Shown in pieces: positions 22,514-32,791 of a DNA stretch of 45,652 bases; positions within the stretch are counted from its first letter, which is position 1; each line of letters starts with the position of its first letter. Under the pieces are notes generated by a model. It was not told the origin of the DNA, made no database searches, and was given only the letters and a program-made list of their open reading frames with translations. The stretch lies in contig CP120462.1 in the NCBI GenBank assembly GCA_034226945.1, forward strand, positions 930,001 through 975,652, read 5' to 3'. The stretch comes from Picochlorum sp. SENEW3 (lineage: Eukaryota). Made by a program: the position numbers and the translations under genes.

Positions 22514-23824
22514 ATGAATTTCGCAATCCAGACCAAGCCTGGAACAGGACACAGTACCGTTCGCAGGGCACTTCCGTTGACACAGCAGCAGCGGTATCGC
22601 CAGTGCCGTCAAGGCCACGACTTGGATGCGTATGCGACATTGAGTAGGAGACAGGGGGCAAAATGCCTGGCTGCGGCACAAGAACAGCAGCCCTCGCCAT
22701 TCGCAGCTGTGGACAGCGAAGAGGCTCTTTTTGCCATTCTCAAGGCTGGGCAAGGCTCCGGTAAGATTCCGGAAAGGTTGATCGGGGCGGTCAATGAACT
22801 CTACATGAATTACAAAAAGGCGATTCTGGGCAGTGGAGTCTCTGGCGCTGATGAGCAGTTTGTCGCCAAGGTCATGGCCAGCGTGTGCGAGAGGGTGCTG
22901 CTTCAGCTCAATCCAGAGGCGTCTTACACCTTCCCTTCGTATCATGAGCGCATCTTGGAGCCCTATAACTACTACAATTTTGGCCAGAGGTACATCAGAG
23001 GGTTGGTGGACTTTCATACTTCAATACTTGGCAATGAGGATGGGTTTAGAGAGGTTGAGGAGCAGCTCAAGAGAGGGGAGAACGTGGTACTGCTGGCCAA
23101 CCACCAGACTGAAGCTGACCCGGCGGTGTTTGCGTTGCTCCTGGAAGCACGATTCCCTGATCTCGCAACGGATGTCATCTATGTGGCGGGGGATCGGGTC
23201 GTGACCGATCCTTTGTGCAAACCATTCTCTATGGGGAGGAACCTGTTTTGCGTCCACTCCAAGAAACATATGGATGATGATCCCGACACGAAAGCAGAGA
23301 AGATGGCTACGAACCGTAAAACTCTCCGCGCCATGCAAAATAGCCTGAATGAAGGTGGAAAACTGCTATGGATCGCCCCTTCAGGAGGTCGAGACAGGAG
23401 TGTGGATCCCAAGACGGAGGAGAACATTCCAGATCGATTCGATCCTTCTGCAGTGGAACTGATGCGAGCCTTGATAACAAAGGCAAAACCTGAAGGTCAT
23501 CTGCGACCATTTGCGATGTATTCATACCGAATCATGCCTCCACCAAAGGTGGTAGAAAAGGACATTGGGGAGAAACGATTGGTGTTCCATGCTCCTGTAG
23601 GAATATCGATTGGCAAAGAACTCGAGGTCGATTCCATTTTGGATGGCGTTGAGGAAAAGGAAGCTCGTCAGAAGGCACTTGCTGAGGTTGCATGGGAAGA
23701 AACCATGGATGCATACATGAAACTGGTTCATGCCATCCACAATCCTGACGAGGCCAAAAATGATCCATCTTTCAGCCAGCCATGGCTGGACTTCCCAGCA
23801 CCTCCTCTAGACCAATGGCTGTAA
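22514..23824 (+). CDS. ATS1: Plastid soluble glycerol-3-phosphate acyltransferase
   Basis: NHQTEADP, VAGDRVVTDPLCKPFSMGRNLFCVHSKKH and WIAPSGGRDR, plus a transit peptide. Confidence 0.96.
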   Translation: MNFAIQTKPGTGHSTVRRALPLTQQQRYRQCRQGHDLDAYATLSRRQGAKCLAAAQEQQPSPFAAVDSEEALFAILKAGQGSGKIPERLIGAVNELYMNYKKAILGSGVSGADEQFVAKVMASVCERVLLQLNPEASYTFPSYHERILEPYNYYNFGQRYIRGLVDFHTSILGNEDGFREVEEQLKRGENVVLLANHQTEADPAVFALLLEARFPDLATDVIYVAGDRVVTDPLCKPFSMGRNLFCVHSKKHMDDDPDTKAEKMATNRKTLRAMQNSLNEGGKLLWIAPSGGRDRSVDPKTEENIPDRFDPSAVELMRALITKAKPEGHLRPFAMYSYRIMPPPKVVEKDIGEKRLVFHAPVGISIGKELEVDSILDGVEEKEARQKALAEVAWEETMDAYMKLVHAIHNPDEAKNDPSFSQPWLDFPAPPLDQWL

Positions 23825-23860
23825 TCACCTTGCATTTTATACATAAATATAACAGAATTT

Positions 23861-24724
23861 TCACCAACCATACTTCTTCTGTGTTTCTGCCTTTGTCTTG
23901 ATACCGCTAGCTTGCTTTTCCATCTGCTCAATCTCTTGAGATTTCGCGCTCTGGAAAAGTGAGGATAACTGGTTTTTTCGTTTCGCTAATTTCGACACAC
24001 CCCCGACCCTAGCGGCTTCCGCACGCAATTTGTTGTCATACTCAGCTCCCAGGGCAGCTCTCATGCCAGAACCCTCTGTGCCCATCAGGGCGCCATTGCC
24101 TCTCAACTCTGCACCGGAGATCTCTTTTACATTAACACCTGCAGGCAAAATTCCAGCAAACGCATCGCTGCTTTCGTGGACCTGGCGTGTCTGTGCGGAT
24201 GCGTGCCATTCTCTGACAGCAGGTGCAGGGTCCAGTCCCACCTGCTCGCCTGTTGTAGGCACAGGCCGCAACACCTCTGGTTCTCGCTCTGTGGCACTAC
24301 CAGGAGGCTCTCTTACTATTTTTCCGTCACTCTTATCATTCGTTTCGTGGACCGGGGCCGGCAAATACTGAGACAGTGATGGTCTCCCACCACCAACAGA
24401 GGTGAGTTTGACACCTGTATCCTGTTCCTCATCCTCCTCCTCGTCCACAACATCTTGTTTATCATACGATATTGGTGCTAAGAATCCTGAAGCCTTTCCC
24501 CACCTACTCCCCCTTCCAGCCTTTCGCAGAGCAGGACGCTTGCTCTTTCTGACATTCCTGCTGTCTCCGCTCACCAGACCCGCAGCAGGCGCATCGGCTT
24601 CGGCGCCGGTGATCACAGCAGACGAAACGCCATTACCACTGACGTCCTCATGCTTCACGCGTTTCAAGGGTTGCTTGATGTCTTGGTCTTCTTCGTCAGA
24701 ACCGTACCCAGCAAGAAACTCCAT
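23861..24724 (-). CDS. PRCC-like (mitotic checkpoint / spliceosome-associated) protein
   Basis: N-terminal LAGYGSDEE and C-terminal AKRKNQLSSL...KTKAETQKKYGW characteristic of the PRCC C-terminal domain. Confidence 0.78.
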   Translation of the reverse strand: MEFLAGYGSDEEDQDIKQPLKRVKHEDVSGNGVSSAVITGAEADAPAAGLVSGDSRNVRKSKRPALRKAGRGSRWGKASGFLAPISYDKQDVVDEEEDEEQDTGVKLTSVGGGRPSLSQYLPAPVHETNDKSDGKIVREPPGSATEREPEVLRPVPTTGEQVGLDPAPAVREWHASAQTRQVHESSDAFAGILPAGVNVKEISGAELRGNGALMGTEGSGMRAALGAEYDNKLRAEAARVGGVSKLAKRKNQLSSLFQSAKSQEIEQMEKQASGIKTKAETQKKYGW

Positions 24725-25101
24725 TCTTCTCTCCTCCTCAGCCCATCCCTTTCTCCAGCAGTGCTCAGAGAGGTATCGTCGTACGGCTTAAATTTTATTT
24801 GTCGCTTGTTCAGCATGCCATGCGCATCCATCAGAGAAACCAACGGAGCTCCCTGTGTGCGAGACTTGGTCACCATCCAGCCGACCAATTGATGGGAGCT
24901 CCAGACATGCCGAATGGCACCAGTCCCGTGGCCGCCTGCCCAGGCCGTCTGTGGTGTTGCTTCATCTGATGCGGTTATCCACACCAGCACCATCAGCCAT
25001 CGTTTGCAACCGCATAGACACACAGTTTTTATCTCAATCATTTGTATTACAACATACATTGCGCGATTGTCAGGCAGCCAACAAACAAATAGTCTGAGGG
25101 C

Positions 25102-25952
25102 ATGTTCGCGTCGTCTTTCGTTGCCACTGATGTGGCCAGTACCTTCAGAAATACCGCCAGCAATACAAGAGGACCCAGAAATGCTGCTATTGTCTCTAAA
25201 ATGAGCCGCATTGGGAAGAAGCCAATCGAAGTTCCCGATAAAGTGAAAGTCACATTGAACGGAAATACTGTCGTCGTCAAGGTGCGTAGAACACGGAATA
25301 TTGCCTCATCTGAACTATACATTATGTATCTCCTCCTCATTAGCACTTGCTATTTTAATGCTGGAAGAGGGAAGGACATTCTTCGACAAGAGCCTCCCTC
25401 CTAAAGGCAGTAGTAGGGTGTGAATATGCTCACCCCCGGATGACGATTTTTCTTTCTTTTGCTCACGACCCTGCTGTAATAATGATGATGATGCAGGGAC
25501 CTAAAGGTGAATTGACGCGCACATTGCACCCGCTCTCGACAATCAGTCAGGAAGGGAGTCTCCTGATGGTTGGGAAGGCAAAGGACCACAAGACAGCCAA
25601 TGCCATTCACGGACTCTCAAGATCTTTGGTGAACAACATGGTGGTTGGTGTTAGCGCAGGTTACGAGAAGACGCTCTCTTTGATTGGAGTTGGGTACAGA
25701 GCAGCTGTGTCTGGAAAGACCCTGACACTCAGTCTGGGCTACAGTCATCCTGTGGAGATGACTATTCCAGATGGAATCAAGGTGGAAGTGATGAAAAATA
25801 CGACAGTGGTCGTCAGTGGCTTTGATAAGGAACAAGTTGGTCAATTTGCGGCTGATATTAGATCCAAAAGAGAGCCAGAGCCATACAAAGGAAAGGGTGT
25901 TCGTTATGCTGATGAGTACGTTGCACGCAAGGAGGGCAAGCGTGGAAAGTAA
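25102..25952 (+). CDS. rpl6: Plastid 50S ribosomal protein uL6. Exons 25102-25281 and 25497-25952.
   Basis: Transit peptide, then MSRIGKKPIEVP...VVK-GPKGEL, LSLGYSHPV and REPEPYKGKGVRY. Intron 25282-25496. Confidence 0.95.
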
Positions 25953-25984
25953 TTTTTTTTACAATGTAATACGTCACGAAACAA

Positions 25985-28111
25985 CTATGCCATGGCGAGG
26001 CTTGTGGCTTTTCTTTGGATTGCCCTCTCCAGAAACAGACCAGCGCCAAGACCTGGCGCATACCTTGCCATGAGATCTTTATAGTACTCGGTCATTTCGG
26101 AATACTGTGATACAACCTTCTCCGCCTCTGCCCCCTTCTCCTCCATGACTTGCATGGCCCTCGTCTTATCAGCGATGGAGGACTGGGCACTCCTCAGCTC
26201 CTGTTGGAGGCTCTCAAACCTGTCAATCAACTCTTGTTTCTCCACCGCATGGTGCTTCTCTGCTTTTTCCAGAGCGCTCGCGATTCCCAGCGAAAGAGTC
26301 TCGGGAGCATTCCTTTTCAGTTGAAGAACCTCTTTTTCCACTTCTACCAGCCTTTCAGAACGAGATCGCAAACATTCCTGAGTTTCCTCCAGTTTATCCT
26401 TGGTCATCATCAACTCGACATTTGTAGCCTCGCATTGCTCCTCCAACTCGGCTTTTTCTTTCACGAGAAGATCCATTTTCGCATTGTATGATTTTTCCAC
26501 ATTGGAAATCGCCTCGTCCCTGGAAGCCTCCAACTCTTTCACCTTGGACAGCAGACGCCCCTGCTCAGCGAGGACAGCCTCCTCTACCATCTTTGTGCTG
26601 GCTTTCTGGACGTTCTCCCGCTCTGTCTGCTCCATAATGAGCCTTTCTCGAAGTGCAGCAGCTTCACCACGTAGGGCTGTTTGCGTGCGCTTCAGATCCA
26701 GTTGAATCTCGGATGACTCTGCTGCCATGGATTCCATGGTAGCCTCTGCCCCAGATCTGACAGCGTGTATTTCGCTCTCGAACTCGGCCCTGGCTCTTTC
26801 AACTTCCTCTTCCAGTGCTTCCTTGTGCCTGTTCTGCAATATATCAACGCGAGATTGCAATACTTGAATCTTTTCTTCGAGACTCTTCTTCTCAGACCTC
26901 TCTGAGGCCAGACCCTCCTGGTACTCCTGCTCCAGGGCCCTGATCCGAAGCTGGACCTCAGCCTCCTGTTCCGTCTCTTTGCTTGAATACGATCTCTTCA
27001 TTGTCTCCAAAGACTCTTCAAACTTCCTCACGCGTTCCCGAAGCCTGATCTCGAAATTCTGATGCTCTGCAGCGAGTGCTGACCTGAGGGACACAAGCAC
27101 ATTTGTGAGCAGCAGCTGCTGATCATGCAGCACCATCCTCGCAGCAGAGAGTTCTTCTAACAATCTTGTTTCCCGGATGGATAAAACCCCGTCCACGGAA
27201 TTCTTGACATTGTTAGCCTGCCAATCAAGTGAGTTTAGTCTCCTCTGCAGCGTCTTGATCCTGGTGGACAACTCTGCACCCAGCTCATTAGCGCTCATAT
27301 GGGGGATTTTTTCCATGAAATCTTTGTCCACAATCGTCTCAACCTCAGTCGTGACCTGCCGTTTGTCCGTGGCGGCATTCATTGCTCTAGCATGCTCGGT
27401 CTGCAACGAGGCCAGAGCAGCCTTCAGTTCGTTGATTTCCTTCACATGCTGGGCCTGTTTGTTTTCATAAGATGTCACTATACTTTGAATACCGTCATCG
27501 CACCGAATGTGGCGGTTTCCAGATGATGTGGAGCTTCCTCCACCCTTGACCAGTTTCCCAGCAATATCGGTTGCCGCCAACTCACACTTTTTCTTATCCG
27601 TCAAATACTTGGATAGCCTTTCCTGTAGCTTTTCGTATTCTTTTTCCTTCTTTTTCAACTCATGCGCCATGTGAACCACTTTGCTCTCGCTGCCTTTGAG
27701 CCTTCTCCTCAAGTCCTCTACTTCTCTCTTGGCTTTCGTTGCATCGTCCTTCCATGTCTCATCCTTAACCCGCGCTTTTGCTTCCCACGACTTCAGCTCC
27801 TTTTCTTTAGAATCTAGATGATTTCTCAGCTTGAGTTTCTCCTTCTTTTCTAGCTGCAGAAATTGCCTCGTCTCCAACAGCTCCCCCTTTAGTTTTTCCT
27901 TATACTCAATGTCCTTTTCATGCTTGACCAGCAGCGTATAAATCGCATCACACGTTTCCGCGACATCTTCCGGTTGGTTAGACATGAGATTGATGGACTT
28001 GTCGATGCCAACCCGCTGCAGCGCAGAGGACACAAACTCCACACTTCTAGGAAGGGACTGGCCCTTGCTGGGAGAAAGGATTGCGTGGTCCTCGGCGTAC
28101 GAGTCGCCCAT
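25985..28111 (-). CDS. Long coiled-coil protein with a probable ADIP/SSX2IP (afadin- and alpha-actinin-binding) N-terminal domain
   Basis: FVSSALQRVGI...TCDAIYTLL...HELKKKEKEYEKLQERL resembles the ADIP domain, and the remainder is heptad-rich. A probable 5'-UTR intron lies at 28320-28148. Confidence 0.65.
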   Translation of the reverse strand: MGDSYAEDHAILSPSKGQSLPRSVEFVSSALQRVGIDKSINLMSNQPEDVAETCDAIYTLLVKHEKDIEYKEKLKGELLETRQFLQLEKKEKLKLRNHLDSKEKELKSWEAKARVKDETWKDDATKAKREVEDLRRRLKGSESKVVHMAHELKKKEKEYEKLQERLSKYLTDKKKCELAATDIAGKLVKGGGSSTSSGNRHIRCDDGIQSIVTSYENKQAQHVKEINELKAALASLQTEHARAMNAATDKRQVTTEVETIVDKDFMEKIPHMSANELGAELSTRIKTLQRRLNSLDWQANNVKNSVDGVLSIRETRLLEELSAARMVLHDQQLLLTNVLVSLRSALAAEHQNFEIRLRERVRKFEESLETMKRSYSSKETEQEAEVQLRIRALEQEYQEGLASERSEKKSLEEKIQVLQSRVDILQNRHKEALEEEVERARAEFESEIHAVRSGAEATMESMAAESSEIQLDLKRTQTALRGEAAALRERLIMEQTERENVQKASTKMVEEAVLAEQGRLLSKVKELEASRDEAISNVEKSYNAKMDLLVKEKAELEEQCEATNVELMMTKDKLEETQECLRSRSERLVEVEKEVLQLKRNAPETLSLGIASALEKAEKHHAVEKQELIDRFESLQQELRSAQSSIADKTRAMQVMEEKGAEAEKVVSQYSEMTEYYKDLMARYAPGLGAGLFLERAIQRKATSLAMA

Positions 28112-28562
28112 CTTTTGTTCAATCAAATCGATTTCCTATGTATTGTTCTGCACATCCACGCATACAATTGCGTCAGAACCGTCAACCGCTGTCACGTTCA
28201 TCCAGTCGGTTGGTCCACCGAACTCTTCCATCGGTCCCCGCGCATCCACAAAATCGCATCCATATACTGTATAATTTTATTTCCAATAAATCATCATACA
28301 TCGTCCATGAACCACGCACCTAGTATCTTCCACTTCGAGACAATGACTGTTGTTGTCGTCAACCGTCAGAGTTACAGAGCATGCAGAACAACCCAACCAC
28401 GATCAATGTGAATTATAACCATTAATATTCGTAATTTAAATTCAATATACCTGCTGCTAGGGAAGAGGCGACCGCCTTGTGCGTACCGTCCGAGCTCGAG
28501 CGAGGTCGGATTTCTTCGATGCGGATTTCGATTGCATGTCATGCTGTACGATGCGGATCCCC

Positions 28563-29013
28563 TCATTTTCTTTCCTGATCTCGCTTCCGTGACTGTGGAT
28601 CTGCTGGATATCCAGAGGCCGGAAGAAGACGAAGTCTGATTGGTCCCTTGACTGCACCATGCAAGACGTTTCCTTTCTGCAAGATCTCAATCTTGCCTTG
28701 TTCTCTCAGGCCCAAAGCAACCCCTCTCGTTTGATCCATCTGTACAAATGCAAGAACCATCCGTTAGTAACGTCGCTAATCGCTGCGAAAACAACAAAAA
28801 TCAAAAGACAAAACACACAAAGTCTCTCCAGTTCTGTGGGAACAGTTTCCTGGGAATCTCGCTGGGTCAACACGTTTTCTCACACCCCCTTGCTTCCAAA
28901 GTCTGTAATATCGAGCATTCAAGCAAATGCTCCGTGTCACGTGATCTTTTGACTTTGTGGTTTGGGACATCGGAGTCAGGGACGTCCCTGCCAACTTTGC
29001 GCTTTTTCTCCAT
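28563..29013 (-). CDS. DUF3253-family protein with in-frame TGA at the conserved Cys (candidate selenoprotein), 123 aa. Exons 29013-28819 and 28739-28563.
   Basis: MEKKRK...LLECSILQTLEARGCEKTC*PSEIPRKLFPQNWRDF|MDQTRGVALGLREQGKIEILQKGNVLHGAVKGPIRLRL. TGA at 28869-28867. Intron 28818-28740 has a perfect TACTAAC branch point (28769-28763). Matches the DUF3253 pattern KTICPSE...WR...M...G.IEITQKG...GPIRLR. Confidence 0.85.
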
Positions 29014-29148
29014 CGATACTCGGTCACAGGGCTTCGATCTATTCGTAGTATGACTACTGTACGTATGAGTTTTTTACAATTGTTTTTACAAATTTGTACA
29101 GGGCGAACAATATGCATCCATCGTTGACATTCGAATGCCAATTTGAAG

Positions 29149-29197
29149 TGAGAATTCCATCCGATCCAACCCTTAGTTGGATCGGCGGGTCATCCCA
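29149..29197 (-). promoter_or_regulatory. SECIS-like stem-loop (ATGA-N11-AA-N19-GA)
   Basis: The minus strand reads TGGG ATGA CCCGCCGATCC AA CTAAGGGTT GGATCGGATG GA ATTCTCA, with a CCGATCC/GGATCGG helix and a TGGG/CTCA lower helix. The position upstream of the TGA-containing gene is atypical. Confidence 0.4.
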
Positions 29198-29357
29198 GTG
29201 GCATAGCCCATGAGCTATGGCAATCACACGAGTGCATACCGAGCATTCTCACTCAAGAAAACGTTATACAAAAATATCGTTCGGAATAACCTGTTAGGGC
29301 TACAACCGAAGCTTAAACATCTTTCAGGAGCCGTACTCTCAATCACTTGAATAAAAC

Positions 29358-29850
29358 ATGAAGGTTGCTGCTGCTTACCTCCTCGCCAAGCTCGGTGGAA
29401 ACGACGCTCCATCTGCTGATGACATCAGCAAGATTTTGGGATCCGGTACGTGGTTTATTTTTGACTGTCTGTCGGGAGACTCGTGCACCATGAGAGCGTG
29501 AATGACTTCGCCAGGCGACGCCGGCGGAGCCGTCACGGCCTCCCACTCTCCGGCCACTTCCACAGCAGGTGTGTGTGTTGACCCTGATATATTCGTATTT
29601 CTGTTGTGCAGTTGGTGTTGACACGGACGCTGATGCCGCTGCTCTCCTGATCAAGGAGCTTGAAGGAAAGGACGTCGAAGAGGTCATCGCCGAGGGCCGG
29701 GAGAAATTGTCCTCCGTCCCCGCCGGGGGTGCCGTCGTCGCTGCTGGAGGTGCTGGGGGAGCTGCTGCTGATGGAGGCGCAGGAGCTGCCGAGCCAGAGC
29801 CAGAAGAGGAGGAGGAGGACGAAGACATGGGATTCTCCCTCTTCGATTAA
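29358..29850 (+). CDS. RPP2: 60S acidic ribosomal protein P2. Exons 29358-29445 and 29612-29850.
   Basis: [33 protein letters not shown]...[14 protein letters not shown]...[14 protein letters not shown]. Confidence 0.97.
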
Positions 29851-30170
29851 GCTCCTCTGTGGGCTAACCTTCTTGAAATGGCGATATATCTATCTATATA
29901 TACATGTTAGAACATATATATATGTATCCCTTGATTTTATCCTCCTCACGCGAACAACGTGAGAGTTTCCGTGCCCCACTCTGAAAGCAAAAGCTTCTCA
30001 AATGGTGGACAAACAAATATTCGTACCCTCCGACCACTCGTGCAAACGCGTTTGCACCATTCGTTTCTGTTTCAAAAATGGAAAAACGTTTTGAGTTCTA
30101 TTCAACAGTCAGTTTCGAGTAGAAACACTGCGGAGCAGAAAAAGAACCTGCCCCCAGGGAGTCGCGCGAC

Positions 30171-30927
30171 ATGGCGTTAGCAGCGTCCGATTTGCATGGC
30201 TTTGTGCTGGTCAGAGATAGCGTCGAAGCAGACTCGAGTTATGTGCTGTCCAGTATACTCAAACAAGTGTTGGGGGCGGCCCAGCGGGATGGGAACGTGC
30301 TGGTAGTCACCACAAAGCACTCCACGTCTCATTACTCAACGATGCTCCGACGGCTAAACCTCAACGTCACAACCATCGCGTCAGAAGGTCGTTTTAAAGT
30401 GCTGAATGCGCTTCACTTCGGTCAAGTGAATGGGGAATGCGACACATTTGTAGTTGATAGGAATGCACTCATGGACGCCATCGCTCAAGACCTCAAGTCC
30501 CTGGGCACTGGCAATCCTAATGAGTACTCGATACTACTATTTGATGATATCCTGGTACGTGCTTAGGAATCCGCCGATTCTGTGGGCGGATACTTTTCTG
30601 ACACGGCTTCCGTGCACTGTGCAGAGTCTGGTATCCGTGTGTGAGGCGAGTCCCATGGACGTAGGGGTCGAGAAAACCTTCATTGGCCTTGGGTACTCAG
30701 TAGGAGCTCGGTGCACAGTGATGGTGGCGCATGCAGACGTATCCACCTATGCTGGTGTCACTCGCGCCCTCGGTACCCTGGCGTCGTCCCTGGTGACGGT
30801 GAAGCCTCTCGGGACTGGGACATCCGCGGAAATTGAGTCGCAAATTCAAATATTTAGGCGATCCTGCACGCCGATCGCGTCTGAAAAGTGGACATTAGGA
30901 TATGCTGAGCATTCAGTCAGACGATAG
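30171..30927 (+). CDS. ELP6: Elongator complex subunit 6-like (RecA-like fold). Exons 30171-30554 and 30625-30927.
   Basis: FVLVRDSVEADSSYVL, SHYSTMLRRLNLN, LLFDDIL-SL, VAHAD and VKPLGTGTSAEI. Intron 30555-30624. Confidence 0.7.
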
Positions 30928-31146
30928 CACAAGCAAAAGAGGTTTTCTCCTCCGATCGAGTGCCACCAGAGACCGATCACATGGTCATCGGATGTTAGGG
31001 AATGGACGTACCCTACCCTTGCCCTAATCCACCAACACGTTCGCCCGTCCACAAAAGAGACCACGGCCTTCCCGATCCATCTAATTTGAATCAACTTAAG
31101 TAATAGTAATCCTGTTAATCACCGAAGGAGTTGCAAATTTGTCACG

Positions 31147-32607
31147 ATGGTCGCCGTTTTTACCCAAAAGGTGCGTGGTCTACCGGGAATAGGAGTAGCT
31201 TGCAATTACTCTCCCGCATCGTGGCCTTCAAACAATGTGACGCCATCTAGAATATATGTGGGTGTCTGCTGCCAACAAATGTGGATCGAGCCTGGTGGGC
31301 CGTCGGCCCATCCTCGTGCTGGTCAGGCGTGTGCGGACTGAGATGCTCATGACTCCTGTATGACTTGCAGAGCGTTTTGGCTCAGAGAAAGGTTGAATGC
31401 AACGCATTTGCTTCTGGACGCCAGGTATGTTGACTCGCGCTGTCTGCCCCGCCCTTGTCGGTCCTACCTTCCGAAAGGCATGCCGCTGAGTCCGGTACCT
31501 TACCCGCCTCACCTGCCAAATTGTCTTTTGCAGGGACGTTTTGTGACATTCAGAGTGAATGCATTGACTCAGAGGGCAGAGTACATCTGGTACGACGGTC
31601 AGGAGGGCTCCGTCCAGAAGGGAAACACGTTCAACGAAATGCGCTCCAAGACCAAGTGCATTCCAAAGCCAGTCACCTCAATGAACCCAAAAGATTTCCC
31701 AAACTGGTCCTTTGATGGTTCCTCCACTGGCCAGGCCGAGGGAAACAATTCTGATTGCATCCTTCGCCCATGCTTTGTGTGCCCAGATCCAATCCGTGGA
31801 GGAGATGATGTCCTGGTGATGTGTGACGTCCTCGATCCGCAGGGAAACCCACATCCAACCAACACTAGAGCCATGTTAGAGGCCGTGATCAATGACAAAG
31901 TTAAGGCAGAAGCCCCACTCTTTGGTTTTGAGCAGGAGTACACTATGCTCGGTAAGGGAGGATCCTCCGTTTACGGATGGCCACTCGGAGGATACCCCGC
32001 ACCACAGGGCCCATTTTACTGCGGTGTAGGAAATGAGTCTGTTTACGGCCGTGACCTCGCGGAGGCACACATGGACGCTTGCATCAAGGCAGGCCTCACC
32101 ATTTCCGGTATCAATGCCGAAGTGATGCCAGGGCAGTGGGAATTCCAGATTGGTCCAACTGGACCTTTGGATACGGGAGATATGGTGATGGTGGCCAGGT
32201 GGCTCCTCCATCGCCTCGGCGAGGAGTTCGGAATCATCTCCACCTTTGCCCCAAAGCCAGTCAAGGGTGACTGGAATGGTGCAGGAGCCCACACCAATTA
32301 CTCCACTGAGAGCATGCGCCGCGATGGAGGTATGGTTGCGATCGAAGCTGCCATCGAGAGACTCTCCAAGTGCCATGCGGAGCACATCACCCAGTATGGA
32401 TCAGGTAACGAGGACCGTCTGACCGGAGCACACGAGACTTGCGACATTGACACCTTCAGGTCAGGTGTTGCCGATCGTGGATCCTCTATCCGTATTCCTC
32501 TCCCAGTCCAGTTGGCAGGAAAGGGATACCTTGAGGATCGCCGTCCTTCTGCCAATGTCGACCCATATGTCGTGTGCAGATTACTCATCAAGAACACTCT
32601 GTTGTAA
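31147..32607 (+). CDS. GLN2: Glutamine synthetase type II, plastid-targeted. Exons 31147-31170, 31371-31424, 31534-32607.
   Basis: AEYIWYDGQEG...FNEMRSKTK, WSFDGSSTGQA, INAEVMPGQWEFQIGP, DWNGAGAHTN and GYLEDRRP. Two short phase-0 exons encode a transit-like peptide. Confidence 0.95.
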
Positions 32608-32791
32608 GAGTGTGTCTCTGCACGCGATAGGGGAGTGCCTCTGCTGCCTGTGCCATTGGAACCTCCTTTTCCTTCGGGAAATGGCTGCATTCTTCTTGGA
32701 CATGTATACCATTTTGTACATTGTACAGTTGTACTACAGTTGTTGTTGCCAACAATGTAAAAAACGACATTACAAAAAAACAAACAACTTC

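Noticed and set aside
28334..28369. Possible 3' SECIS on the minus strand (CTGAC-GGTTGACGAC-AACAACA-GTCATTGTCT-CGAA)
   Set aside because: CTGA instead of ATGA, a weak helix with two mismatches and several G-U pairs, and it lies just after a TGTAA motif (28376-28372). Not excluded, but not supportable by eye.
28513..28543. ATGAC...CGAA just after the DUF3253 stop
   Set aside because: Only a 4-bp helix and 19 nt between the half-sites, too short for a SECIS.
29140..29225. tRNA-Sec or H/ACA snoRNA reading of the twin hairpins
   Set aside because: No cloverleaf, no anticodon stem around TTCAAA and no H box between the hairpins.
29566..29568. Possible 3-nt micro-exon (CAG) inside the RPP2 intron
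   Set aside because: P2 reads correctly (ILGSVGV) without it, and there is no other support.
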